From the NCBI GenBank assembly GCA_965204535.1, contig CBDBEV010000001.1, positions 1,760,001 to 1,824,000 on the forward strand: DNA of 64,000 bases. Reading direction: 5' to 3'. The position numbers and the translations under genes were made by a program. The stretch comes from a bacterium (GTDB taxonomy: Bacteria; UBA8248). The notes under the pieces were generated by a model. The model was given only the letters and a program-made list of their open reading frames with translations. It did not search any database and had not been told where the DNA came from. How positions within the stretch are numbered: the stretch's first letter is position 1; each line of letters begins with the position of its first letter. Of the stretch, positions 9,033 through 19,670 are shown piece after piece.

Positions 9033-10418
9033 TCAATACGTGAGTTTCGAGAACCCCTCGAACAGGTGCGCGAGGAATTTTTCGGACTGGAGAACGCCCG
9101 ATACCTGCGCGTATTCGTTGGCCGCGTGTTTTCGCATGGCGTTGCACGGAAGCCCGCCGATCCAAGGCACGCCAAGCTCTTCGGTCCACAAGGCCACGGG
9201 CATCCCCGCCGGGTGCACGGGCCAGACTTCCGGGTCCGCGCCCATGTCCGCATGGGCCTTCAGGAAACACTGGATGAGAGGATGCTCCAGCGGCGTTCCG
9301 CCGCCCGCGTAATGATTGTTCACGACGAACTCGACGTCACCGTAGCCGCCCTCCGCCAGGATGTTGCGGACGTTCCCGATGCGCTCGTCGGGGTCTTCGC
9401 CCGGCTGGAAGCGCATGTTCACCACGGCCTGGGCCTCGGAGGGAATGCTGACCTTGACGGATTTGCCCTCACCGACGAAGCCCGCGTGAAGGCCTGTCAG
9501 GGTGAATTCCGCCTTGAACAGATGCGAGCGGACGGCGGCGCCGAAATCATCCTGCCGGAAACGCTCGACGCCCAGACTCTGCTTCATCCGCTCCGGGTCC
9601 ATGCGCTCTGCGAGTTTTCGGCACAATTCTTCTTCGGCTTCGCTCGGCGTCCAGCCCTCGCCGTTTTGGTAAATCTCCTCGAGCCTCGCCTGCAGATAAG
9701 CGATCGCCTCCACGATGCGCTCCGCCGGATTGCCTATCCAGTTGCAGTTGAGCGCGTGAATCTCGTTGCCCACCGGGCCGCCCCACTCCCCCGGACGGCA
9801 GAAGAGCCTGCCCATCAGGTTGCCTTTGAGCCCCAGCGGGACGATGGGCGTCCCGTCGGTCTGCCCCATCGGGCAGAGCCAGTAGGCCGCGTTCGCCTTT
9901 TGCATCTTCTCCCTGTAGCGCGGGAAGAAATCCTTGATGCCGCCGCTGCCGAGTTCGGACGCCTCGTGGACGAACATGAGGTTGAGCGGGAGCTTCTCCC
10001 CTGCGGTGCGCGCCGCGTAGACCGTGTTCATCACGCAGGCGATACCGGTTTTCATATCCTCCGCACCCCGGCCCACGATGCAGGGTCCCAAGCCTTCCAG
10101 TTCCTGAATCTCCGGCTCGAAGGGAGGGTTGATCCAGCCCGGTTCTTCCGCCGGCGTCACGTCGTAGAGGCCGTGGCAGAGCAGCGTGCGCTCGGCGCCC
10201 TCGTCGATCAGGCCGTAGACGACGGGAAACTCCGCCGTTTCCACCACCTCCGCCTCGCCGCCGACCTCGATGATCTCATCGGCCAGCATCCGCGCCATCT
10301 CGTCGTTTCCGAGGTTGAGCGCGGAGACGCTCGGCTGTCGAATGTATTTCAGGAGACGCTCGATGTGGGTGGATTCGAAATCCGCCTCGATTTGCGCGAT
10401 GACCCGTTCGACGTCCAT
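9033..10418 (-). CDS. M20-family metallo-hydrolase (dipeptidase/DapE-like) with atypical metal ligands
   Basis: 461 aa; IRQPSVSA, YDVTPA, GRGAEDMK, HAANE motifs. Confidence 0.8.
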   Translation of the reverse strand: MDVERVIAQIEADFESTHIERLLKYIRQPSVSALNLGNDEMARMLADEIIEVGGEAEVVETAEFPVVYGLIDEGAERTLLCHGLYDVTPAEEPGWINPPFEPEIQELEGLGPCIVGRGAEDMKTGIACVMNTVYAARTAGEKLPLNLMFVHEASELGSGGIKDFFPRYREKMQKANAAYWLCPMGQTDGTPIVPLGLKGNLMGRLFCRPGEWGGPVGNEIHALNCNWIGNPAERIVEAIAYLQARLEEIYQNGEGWTPSEAEEELCRKLAERMDPERMKQSLGVERFRQDDFGAAVRSHLFKAEFTLTGLHAGFVGEGKSVKVSIPSEAQAVVNMRFQPGEDPDERIGNVRNILAEGGYGDVEFVVNNHYAGGGTPLEHPLIQCFLKAHADMGADPEVWPVHPAGMPVALWTEELGVPWIGGLPCNAMRKHAANEYAQVSGVLQSEKFLAHLFEGFSKLTY

Positions 10419-10458
10419 CGGAGAACCTCCTCATCCCCTTCGGGGGATACGCAAGCTA

Positions 10459-10770
10459 TCAGGGAATCATGAGACCGAGCAGCGGACCGTGCTGCTGCGC
10501 CCCGTACACGTCGCGGTCGCCCGGTGCGCCCGAGGTCGGCCCTTTCCTCGGTATGGTGATCTTGATCGCGTTGGCCGCGTCGAAATGGACTATCTTCACA
10601 TCCTCGGTCGCCATCTCGTAGAGTTCTGAAACCACGCCCGGCGTGAGCGCCTCGCTGTCGGCCACGCGCCGATAAGTCGCCTCATCGGCGAACAACAGGT
10701 CCAGCGTGATGTGCAGGGGGCCTGCGTTCTTGCTCCGCAACACCTCGGCGAGGTCGTAGAGCCGCTCCAC
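10459..10770 (-). CDS. DUF4387 protein
   Basis: 103 aa; LRSKNAGP...DVYGAQQH signature. Confidence 0.85.
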   Translation of the reverse strand: MERLYDLAEVLRSKNAGPLHITLDLLFADEATYRRVADSEALTPGVVSELYEMATEDVKIVHFDAANAIKITIPRKGPTSGAPGDRDVYGAQQHGPLLGLMIP

Positions 10771-10772
10771 CC

Positions 10773-12137
10773 TCAGCCCACCTGCGCGAATTCGACCTCG
10801 AAGGGCGCCGCGGCATCTTCGAGCTCCACGAGGTGATAGATGTGGAACTCATACACCGGTCCGCCCTCGAAATCAGACGGCGAGAACGGGAAGGCGAGGT
10901 TCCCGGCGGTGGCTTTTCGGCCCTCGAAGTCCGAATGCAGGAACGTGCTCCGCGTAAGTGAGAGCACCGCGTTCGCCGTCGTCTGATCCCTGGCGATCGC
11001 CTCCATCACCACGCCGACCTCCCTTGGAGCGCCTGATTCATCCGCCGCCGGACGGCCCATCACGCCGTCGCGCCCGTAGAAGATGAAACGCAGTTCGTAG
11101 TCCTCGGGCGAGAGCGTACCCCGAACCATGTCCGCGACGGTGTTCTTCACGTTCGCCTCCACCTCATCGAGACTCGCGAGCAGCCTGGGGTCCGTCATAC
11201 CGGCGACGGCGATGGTGCGGTATCCCCTCAAGCGCACCCCTTCGATCTTGATGGTCGGGGTCTGCGCTTGCACGAATCGGCTGCCGCTCACCCGCACGCG
11301 GCGCTCGCCGATCTGTTTGAATTCCGAGTCTTTGAGGTCGATCACCCCCTCCGGTTCATAGAACAGGTAGGGGTCGGGCTGTTCGTACATCATGTGGGCC
11401 GCCACGGAACCCGGCGTCACTCGCATCCCCTCGTTCATCGGTTCGAGTTCGAAGTGATCTTCGCGCAAAGTGCCCAGAATGCAGTCGTTCGCCCCGATGG
11501 GGAGAGCGCACTGCGCGCCGCACTCGATGATCTTCGCCATGTGAAAGGCGAGGCCAAGGTCGAAGCCCTGCATCGCGGCGTAAGAGGTGTAGATGGCCGT
11601 GTCGCAGGAGCGTCCGGCAAGGACGACCTCCGCACCGCCCTCCAGGGCCGTCATGAAAGGTTCCAGCCCCATCTGGCCCACGATGCGCACGCTTTCGTCC
11701 ACCATCTCCTCGGTGAGTTCGGGGAGCTTCCCCAGGGTGCGCGTTCTCTTTTCCCGGACAGCGCGCTTGATGAACTCCTTGTCCATTTCAGAACGGATCA
11801 CCGCGAGTTTGAAGCGGTGCCCGTCGCGCTTCGCCAATTCATTCATCGTCTCGAGCACGCTGTCCACGTGCGGATTTCCGCCCGCCGTACCGGCGGAGCC
11901 GATGATGTAGGGAATCTTCTTCTTTCTCGCGGCGGCCAGCGAAAATCCTAAGTCTCTGCGAATCTGCTCGCGCTTGGTGAGCTGGTCGCCGCTTCCGAGG
12001 TAATAGGGACCCGCATCGGTGGAGCCGTTGTCCGCCCCCATGATGTGCGGGTCGCGGGCGAGACCGTTTTCGAGAGAGGCCTTGGGGAATCCGTAGCCGA
12101 GATTTCCGCAAACGGACAATACCCTGAGTTCATCCAT
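10773..12137 (-). CDS. Acyclic terpene utilisation AtuA-family (DUF1446-like) protein
   Basis: GNLGYG, DNGSTDAGPYYLG, GRSCDTA, KIIECGA, TAGNLAFPFSP; usual partner of DUF4387; start at ATG 12137. Confidence 0.8.
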   Translation of the reverse strand: MDELRVLSVCGNLGYGFPKASLENGLARDPHIMGADNGSTDAGPYYLGSGDQLTKREQIRRDLGFSLAAARKKKIPYIIGSAGTAGGNPHVDSVLETMNELAKRDGHRFKLAVIRSEMDKEFIKRAVREKRTRTLGKLPELTEEMVDESVRIVGQMGLEPFMTALEGGAEVVLAGRSCDTAIYTSYAAMQGFDLGLAFHMAKIIECGAQCALPIGANDCILGTLREDHFELEPMNEGMRVTPGSVAAHMMYEQPDPYLFYEPEGVIDLKDSEFKQIGERRVRVSGSRFVQAQTPTIKIEGVRLRGYRTIAVAGMTDPRLLASLDEVEANVKNTVADMVRGTLSPEDYELRFIFYGRDGVMGRPAADESGAPREVGVVMEAIARDQTTANAVLSLTRSTFLHSDFEGRKATAGNLAFPFSPSDFEGGPVYEFHIYHLVELEDAAAPFEVEFAQVG

Positions 12138-12231
12138 GCGAGGCTCCTGAGGCATTTTGACTGGAAGATACTCGAAACCTACACGATCGCCCCGGCCCGG
12201 TTACCGCCAAGGAATCCAGGTTAAGCCACGC

Positions 12232-12695
12232 CTACGGCTGGACCCGCAGCCTCTCGGGCTCGATGATGGCCTCCGCCGTTATCTCGATCATCGCGTCGGG
12301 AGGACCGAGGCGGGATATCTCGATCAGCGTGCTGGCCGGGCGAACGTTCTTGAAGTATTTGAAGCGCTCATCGGAATGCTTGTAATACTCCATGATGTCG
12401 GTCACATACGTCGTGGAACTGACGATGTCGTCGAACGTAGCACCCGCGTGGGCCAAGCCCTTGCCGATGTTCTCGCAAGTCACTCGTATCTGGGTACGCA
12501 TGTCACCGACACCTTCCACTTCGCCGCTCGGCTTGCGGGGCACCTGACCGGAAAGATAGATATGGGCGTGGTCCGAACCGTGAATCGTCACCACGGGCAC
12601 GTAAAGAAGCTCGTTGTTTTCCACGCGGGACCACATATCGTCGGGCTGCATGAACTGTCTCTGGATCATCTTCTCGTTCCTCTTTTGGTTTTCGT

Positions 12696-12711
<16 letters not shown>
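12232..12711 (-). CDS. Rid (YjgF/YER057c/UK114) family protein
   Basis: IYLSGQV, RPASTL, MIEITAEA motifs; start uncertain. Confidence 0.8.
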
Positions 12712-13511
<800 letters not shown>

Positions 13512-13531
13512 GATATACTCCTATCGGCGCG

Positions 13532-14392
13532 TTATTCGCGCAGCGTTCCCCAGCGCTGGACCGTGGCCAGCTCGATGCTCCGCAGGCAGACGCGCTCCAC
13601 GATCACGCCCAGAATACCAACGACCACCACTCCTCCGTACATCATGTCCGCCGCGAGGAAATCGCGGGCCGCGAAAATCCGGAAGCCCAGGCCCGCCTCG
13701 AGCGCGACTATCATCTCCCCGGTCACGACGATGCGCCATGCGCGGCTGAACGCGATGCGGTAGCCCGCGATGAGATTCGGCAGCGCGCCGGGCACCATCA
13801 CCTGGAAGAAAAGCGTCATGCCCTTGGCGCCCATGGCGCGCCCTGCGCGGATGAGGGAGGCGTCCACGGTCTTCACGCCCGTCCACGCGTTCACCATGAC
13901 GGTGATCATGCCCTCGAACCACAGCACGGAGATCAGCGTGAAATCGCTCAGTCCGAACCAGAGAATGACGATGGGAAACAATGCAAGGCCCGGCACGGCC
14001 AGGAAAAAGTACATCGGAGGCGCGAGAATCCGCTCCACGGTCTGATTCATCCCCATTATCAGGCCGACCACGGTTCCCGAAACGAGGGCGAGGAACGCTC
14101 CGACCAGGAGCCGGTAAAGCGAAACGTAGATGTCCAGCCAGAGGATGCCGGATTTCGCCTGATCCACCATCGTCACCCATATCTTTTCCAAGGGAGGGAA
14201 AAGCACGGGATGGAGCGTGCCCGAGTGTGCGAGCAACTCCCAGAAGATGAGTAATCCGATGAGAGGCGCCGCCATGAGGAAGAACGCCTTGCCCGAGTTT
14301 CTGAAAACCACGCCCCAGTTGGGAGGCCCGAGTTGTCTTTCGGTCCCCGGCGTTTCTCCGGGCTGGGTTCGCGCTTTATCGGCCGACGCCAC
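13532..14392 (-). CDS. NitT/TauT-family ABC transporter permease
   Basis: 6 TM helices, EAA-like loop LIRAGRAMGA, VVTGEM. Confidence 0.9.
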   Translation of the reverse strand: MASADKARTQPGETPGTERQLGPPNWGVVFRNSGKAFFLMAAPLIGLLIFWELLAHSGTLHPVLFPPLEKIWVTMVDQAKSGILWLDIYVSLYRLLVGAFLALVSGTVVGLIMGMNQTVERILAPPMYFFLAVPGLALFPIVILWFGLSDFTLISVLWFEGMITVMVNAWTGVKTVDASLIRAGRAMGAKGMTLFFQVMVPGALPNLIAGYRIAFSRAWRIVVTGEMIVALEAGLGFRIFAARDFLAADMMYGGVVVVGILGVIVERVCLRSIELATVQRWGTLRE

Positions 14393-14406
14393 GAAAATTT
14401 CCTTTC

Positions 14407-15756
14407 TCAGCTTCCGAGAGCCGTTATTCGCCCGCTTCCGAGAGCTTCTATTTGCCCGGGCTCGGGCAGGTTCGCGTAGGGGTCCGGCGCGATGGCGGAG
14501 GCGTCACGCTCCCGCGTGCACAGATCCAGCGCTGCGAGGGCGAATATCTTTGTCGTGTCCACCAGCGCGTCGACGTGGATGTGTTCGCCGATATCGGCGT
14601 TCCAGCCGTAATCCGCATCAAACGTCCGGCCCGCCAGTCCGTACGTGATGGTCTGGACCCCGTAGCGGTTCATGTGGGCGGCGTCCAGATAGGAAGTCTT
14701 CACGATGATGTTGGGCTTTTCACCCACAATCTGCTCGTGCGCCTGGATCATCGCTTTGGAAGGCAGCGAATCGACGGGAATGCCCGAGGGTGGATGCGAG
14801 GAGAACACCTCGACCTTGGCGCCGACGTCGGGATGCTCTTCGTTCACCTGCGCGATGAGCTCTTTGAATTCCGCTTCGACGTTCTGAATCGTCTGACCCG
14901 GTACCAGGCGGACATCCACGTACAGGCGGCACTCGATGGGCGAGCGTGCGCAGCGGTAGGGCCAACCGCCCTCGATGGCGGCCACGTTCACGTGGGGGCG
15001 TTCACCGAGGAATTCGTTGCGGCCCCGGTACTCGGGAATCCACTTGCGAACCGCCGCCTGCACACGTTCCATGCGCTCGATGGCGCTGGCCGTGTAGTGG
15101 CCGTAGCACGTATGGCCCATCGACCCCCGCGTGATGACCTTGAACCAGATCGTGCCCCCGTGCCAGGGTGCTACCTGCATGCCGGTCGGCTCCCCGAGAA
15201 TACAAAAATCCGTCAGATATCCGTGCGATATAAGATGCCGTGTGCCGACGCCGTAGCCGTCGTAGAGCACATCCTGGTACTGATCGATACGGTTTTTCTC
15301 GATCTCTCCCGCGACAGAAGCGAGGACGATGTCGCCCCTGAGCTCCACGCCCGCATCCCGGAGGGCTTTCGCCGCGCCGAGGTAGGAAACGTCGGCGCTT
15401 TTCATGTTGGCCGCGCCGTTTCCGATAATCCAGTCACCATCGCGAATCGCCTTGTTCTTGTAGCCCGGCTGGGTGAGCTCGGGCTCCTCGCCGGAATAGG
15501 AGGTGTCCAGATGGCCGTTGAACATCACCGAATAGCCGCCGCCCGTGCCCGGTGAAATGCCGACCGCGTTGTAGCGGCCCTCGGCCACCTTCTGCAGGTG
15601 CGCCTCGAAGCCGGCCTCCTCGTATTTCGCGTGCATGTAGCGGGCGGCATTCTCCTCGTAGCCGGTGGGGCTGGGTATGTCCACGAGTTCCATAGTGGTT
15701 TTTACGAGGAAATCCTCATCCACCGCGTCGACGACTTTCTTTTGAAGCTCATCCAT
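14407..15756 (-). CDS. M20-family ArgE/DapE-like deacylase
   Basis: 449 aa; IPSPTGYE, FNGHLDT, GAANMK, LGEPT. Confidence 0.85.
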   Translation of the reverse strand: MDELQKKVVDAVDEDFLVKTTMELVDIPSPTGYEENAARYMHAKYEEAGFEAHLQKVAEGRYNAVGISPGTGGGYSVMFNGHLDTSYSGEEPELTQPGYKNKAIRDGDWIIGNGAANMKSADVSYLGAAKALRDAGVELRGDIVLASVAGEIEKNRIDQYQDVLYDGYGVGTRHLISHGYLTDFCILGEPTGMQVAPWHGGTIWFKVITRGSMGHTCYGHYTASAIERMERVQAAVRKWIPEYRGRNEFLGERPHVNVAAIEGGWPYRCARSPIECRLYVDVRLVPGQTIQNVEAEFKELIAQVNEEHPDVGAKVEVFSSHPPSGIPVDSLPSKAMIQAHEQIVGEKPNIIVKTSYLDAAHMNRYGVQTITYGLAGRTFDADYGWNADIGEHIHVDALVDTTKIFALAALDLCTRERDASAIAPDPYANLPEPGQIEALGSGRITALGS

Positions 15757-15807
15757 GATTCGCGATTCTCCTCAAACGCACTTCACAAGCATACGAATAC
15801 AATCTCA

Positions 15808-15842
15808 CCCCTCCGGAGGGCTGCCCGCCCGCCCGGAGGGGT
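15808..15842 (-). terminator. Hairpin between SBP gene and M20 gene
   Basis: ACCCTCCGG...CCGGAGGG(G)T inverted repeat. Confidence 0.45.
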
Positions 15843-15872
15843 AAAATACGGTTCGGAATTATATCTGCCGTC

Positions 15873-16868
15873 TTACTTCATCAAATTGAAGTAGGCGTTT
15901 TCCACCAACGTGATGTCGATGTGCTTGGTGACGTCGATGCGCTTGGGCAGCTTGCCCTTCTTGACGCTCACGTCCACGCCGTCCTGCACTTCCTTGATGT
16001 CCCTGTGCGTGATCATCGCGCGGTCCCAGCGCATGAACTTGTACAGGTCGGTCTTCACCTTCGCCACGCTGAACTTGAAGCCCTGGCTCTTCCAGAACTC
16101 GTGCATCAGCTTCGCGGACTCGTCGCGGTTGCGGTTCAGGAAACGCATCGCGCGAACGTGCGCGTTGATGAAACGCTGCGCGCCGTCGGGGTTTTTCTTC
16201 TTGATGTAGGACCAGGAAGTCGTCAGGAACACCGGGGAGGTGTAGCCGAGCAGATCGTCATAGTCCTTCGGCCCCATGACCATACGGCCCAGGCCCTTAC
16301 CGACGATGATCGAGCCCCACGGCTCCCAGGTCAGGCCCGCATCCAGAGCGCCGCGCTCGAAGGCGGCCGGGAGCGAACCCGTCTTGGTGTTGCGGATCTT
16401 GAAATCCTTGTCCGACATGCCGATGCGCGAGAGATACGTCATCCAGGTGGCCCAGGTGCCGGTACCCATCTGCGCGCCCACGGTCTTGCCCTTCAAGTCC
16501 TTGACCGACTTCGTGGTCTTGTCCTTCATGGGCACGAGAACCATGTTCTGGTTCCCGTAGCGGTTGAGCGCGATGCCCACCACGTCCAGGCCGCGCGCCG
16601 CAATCTGGCCCACGCGGGAGCCGCGCGTGCTGATGATGTCGGCGGTGCCGCCGATGAGTGCGTCGATCAGCGCGCGGGGGCTCGTGACCCGCCGCTGCAC
16701 TTCCACGCCCTCGGCTTTGTAGAAGCCTTTCTTTTCAGCGATGTAGGGGATGGCGGCGTGTGAGGTGTTGTCGTGAATCAACTTGACGACGCCTTTCGCG
16801 GCCAGCGCGTTCGAGGCCATACCCAATACGACGAACATTGCGATCAAAATCAGGCCGAACCTTTTCAT
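15873..16868 (-). CDS. NitT/TauT (SsuA/THI5-like) ABC substrate-binding protein
   Basis: Signal peptide, IAEKKGFYKAEG, DLKGKTV, WEPW; RBS GGAGGA before ATG 16868. Confidence 0.88.
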   Translation of the reverse strand: MKRFGLILIAMFVVLGMASNALAAKGVVKLIHDNTSHAAIPYIAEKKGFYKAEGVEVQRRVTSPRALIDALIGGTADIISTRGSRVGQIAARGLDVVGIALNRYGNQNMVLVPMKDKTTKSVKDLKGKTVGAQMGTGTWATWMTYLSRIGMSDKDFKIRNTKTGSLPAAFERGALDAGLTWEPWGSIIVGKGLGRMVMGPKDYDDLLGYTSPVFLTTSWSYIKKKNPDGAQRFINAHVRAMRFLNRNRDESAKLMHEFWKSQGFKFSVAKVKTDLYKFMRWDRAMITHRDIKEVQDGVDVSVKKGKLPKRIDVTKHIDITLVENAYFNLMK

Positions 16869-16954
16869 CTTATCTTCCTCCACGATTGAGAGAACCCGTT
16901 GCCTCTACTACGTCAAACAGAGATAAAACGATCGGAACCGGCGAGGAGCGCCTT

Positions 16955-17332
16955 TTACTCTCTCGCCGGGTGAAATATGGCCAGCAGCTTTACTTGCCTT
17001 TCTCCGCCCGTCATGCTGCGGTGCATCGTCTTCCGGGGGAGGAATATACAGTCGCCGCCCCGAAACTCGATGCTCCGATCTTCCAACTCGTACCGTCCCT
17101 CGCCCTCGATGATGTAGATGAGTTCGTCCTCTTCGTGGTCGTGCCACTCGTGCGTCTCGCCGGGGCGGAATACCGTGAGCCAGGCGTCGACGTTCCAGCC
17201 GTGGTCCTCCTGCGAAGTCATCCGCCAGGCGTGCGCGCCGCCGTCGAGCACCTTGTGCTTCTGGTTTTCAGGCCTTATCAAACAGGCTCCGCGGTCGCCC
17301 AATTCCTGTCTCCCCGAACACTTGTCCCGCAC
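16955..17332 (-). CDS. Cupin-domain protein
   Basis: WHDH..DELIYIIEGEG and GDCIFLP...H motifs; start uncertain. Confidence 0.8.
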   Translation of the reverse strand: MRDKCSGRQELGDRGACLIRPENQKHKVLDGGAHAWRMTSQEDHGWNVDAWLTVFRPGETHEWHDHEEDELIYIIEGEGRYELEDRSIEFRGGDCIFLPRKTMHRSMTGGERQVKLLAIFHPARE

Positions 17333-17442
17333 GAGATGAAAACGCCGTGTATGAAATTGAATGATATAAGGAGATGCTATGCGCTTGTTCCGCTAATGTC
17401 AATCGCGCGGGCATGTCCGAGGCGTGGAGGGTGTTTCCTTCC

Positions 17443-18924
17443 TCAGGTCTTCTTCCCGCGCCCTCTGCGGAAGATGCCGTCGTAGAAGGTGAACACCGAG
17501 ACGATCATCAGGATCGTGCCGACGGGGCTCGTGAGGAAATACCAGAACGGCTTGTTCTCGAAGGTGATGAGCGCGCGGCGCAGGTTCTCGTCCGCCAGCG
17601 ACCCCAGGATGACGGCCAGAACCATGGGCGCCAGCGGGAGGCCAAGGCACCTGAGCGCGTAGCCGACGAAGCCTGCGGCCAGCATGACGTAGACGTCGAA
17701 CATGCTCAGGCGCACCGCGTACGCCCCCAGGATGCAGATCGGGATGATGATGGGCATCAGCAGGGTGCGCGGCAGGCTGTAGAGCTTGACGGCGGGCTTC
17801 ACCAGCAGGAGGCCGAACACGTACATCAGGAAGTTCGCCACGATGAGCGCCCCGTAGATGAAATAGACGAGACCCGGGTTTTCGACGTCAATGGTGGGTC
17901 CCATCACCACGTGCTTGAGTTCCAGCGCGGCCATGAAGGCGGCGGCGGGCGGACTGCCCGGGATTCCCAGGGTGAGCGTGGGGAGGATGGTTCCGCCGAT
18001 GCAGGCGTTGTTCGCCACCTCGCCGCACACGATGCCCTCGTAGCTCCCCTTGCCGAATTTTTCGCGCTCCTCGGGCTTGGCGCGGCGCTTTCCCACGTCG
18101 TAAGCCACGAAGGCGGCGATGTTACCGCCCGCGCCGGGGATGGCGCCTATCACCGTGCCGATGATGCCGGAGCGCACCGATGCGCGCGCGTAGCGCCACA
18201 ACATACTGAAGGGGGGCACCACCCGGTCCACTTTTTCGGGGATTACCGGCGGCTCCTTTTGGGGCAGTACCCAGAGCACTTCGGTCAGTCCGAAAAAGCC
18301 GATGATCACGGGGATGTAGCTGATGCCGTCTTCGAGGAGAAAACTCCCGAAGGTAAAGCGCGGAACGCCGTAGATGTTGTCGAGGCCGACGAAAGCGATG
18401 AGCAGCCCCAGCCAGCCGGATATCCAGCCCTTGATGGGCGCCTCGCCCGAGGTGAGCGTGCCGCAGATGGCGATCCCCCAAAGCGCCAGCAGGAACATCT
18501 CCCAGGAGCGGAACTGCAGGGCGATGAGCAGGATGAGGGGTATGAACGCCACCAGGATCAGGATGCCCACCCAGTTTCCGAGAAAAGACGCCACCAGCGC
18601 GGTGCCGAGCGCCTGTCCTCCCTCTCCCCTTTGAGCGAGTTGGTAGCCCTCGATCATGGTGGGAACGGCGGCGGGCGTACCGGGTATGTTGATGAGCACC
18701 GCGGTAATCGAACCGCCGAACACGCTCGCCGTATAGACGCCCAGCAGGAACATGATGGCCACGTCCTGGCTCATCTGGGTGGAGAGACCGATCAAGAGCA
18801 CCATGGACATGGTCGTCGAGATGCCCGGCATCGAACCCCACAGGAGTCCCAGGATGGTGCCCAGTATGCAGACGAACACCAGATACGGGTTCATGGCGTG
18901 GATGAGTTGTTCCAGGAAAAACAT
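17443..18924 (-). CDS. tctA: Tripartite tricarboxylate transporter large permease
   Basis: 493 aa; GSMPGI, GGSITAVLINIPGTP, EVANNA, PTLTLGIPG. Confidence 0.92.
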   Translation of the reverse strand: MFFLEQLIHAMNPYLVFVCILGTILGLLWGSMPGISTTMSMVLLIGLSTQMSQDVAIMFLLGVYTASVFGGSITAVLINIPGTPAAVPTMIEGYQLAQRGEGGQALGTALVASFLGNWVGILILVAFIPLILLIALQFRSWEMFLLALWGIAICGTLTSGEAPIKGWISGWLGLLIAFVGLDNIYGVPRFTFGSFLLEDGISYIPVIIGFFGLTEVLWVLPQKEPPVIPEKVDRVVPPFSMLWRYARASVRSGIIGTVIGAIPGAGGNIAAFVAYDVGKRRAKPEEREKFGKGSYEGIVCGEVANNACIGGTILPTLTLGIPGSPPAAAFMAALELKHVVMGPTIDVENPGLVYFIYGALIVANFLMYVFGLLLVKPAVKLYSLPRTLLMPIIIPICILGAYAVRLSMFDVYVMLAAGFVGYALRCLGLPLAPMVLAVILGSLADENLRRALITFENKPFWYFLTSPVGTILMIVSVFTFYDGIFRRGRGKKT

Positions 18925-18927
18925 GGC

Positions 18928-19560
18928 CTACCCCGAACCCGGCAGCGGAATGCGGAAGCCGTAGCGAAACGCGGCGGCCAGAACCAGCGTTGAAATCGCG
19001 GAGACGACGAGACACTGCAGAAACGACTTCGGCCAGAAGATGCGCAGGGCGATGGCCAGCATGGGTATGGTGACGGCCTCGAAGCTGCTGAAACCGAGCC
19101 GGAAACCTCCTATCACCAGCGGAACTGTAATGACGAAGGTCACCCAGTCGAGGAGCACCACGTAAACCACCACCAGGCCCATCAGGATGAGCGCCCACTG
19201 GTTCTCGTAGTCGGCGAAATATCTGCCCAGCAATTCAGCGGGCGAGAGATTCAGTTCCGAACCGCCGCCTCGTTTGAGCGCGCCCGCTCCCAGTCCGATG
19301 GCCATGGCCAGCAGGCTCAAGCCCGTGAGAATGGGCATGAAGCCCGGCGCGGTGAAGATGTTCTTCTCCGGATTGGGCATGAGCAGCCCGAGGATGACGG
19401 CGAGGATAGCGACGACGCCCACGACGCTCGCCGCCGCGAGATCCCTGCCCGGCGTGGCGGCGTCCCCCCCCTCCTCGGAAAGCAGTTGCGAGGCGGCGGC
19501 GTCTTCGGGTTCATCCGCGGGCGGATGCGCCTTGCGGTCATCGTCGTTCGAGGAAACCAT
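18928..19560 (-). CDS. tctB: TctB-like small membrane protein
   Basis: Hydrophobic, APGFMP and C-terminal FRIPLP; between tctC and tctA. Confidence 0.7.
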   Translation of the reverse strand: MVSSNDDDRKAHPPADEPEDAAASQLLSEEGGDAATPGRDLAAASVVGVVAILAVILGLLMPNPEKNIFTAPGFMPILTGLSLLAMAIGLGAGALKRGGGSELNLSPAELLGRYFADYENQWALILMGLVVVYVVLLDWVTFVITVPLVIGGFRLGFSSFEAVTIPMLAIALRIFWPKSFLQCLVVSAISTLVLAAAFRYGFRIPLPGSG

Positions 19561-19602
19561 GCAACTCTCTCGGCATAGAACAAAATCAATGAATACGGCC
19601 TC

Positions 19603-19642
19603 CCCGAGCGGGCCGCCTCATCTCCAAGGCGGCCCGCTCGGG
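19603..19642 (-). terminator. Strong hairpin between tctC and tctB
   Basis: CCCGAGCGGGCCGCCT...AGGCGGCCCGCTCGGG 16-bp inverted repeat. Confidence 0.55.
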
Positions 19643-19670
19643 GCAGGCATTGCGCGATGAGCCGTCTGGC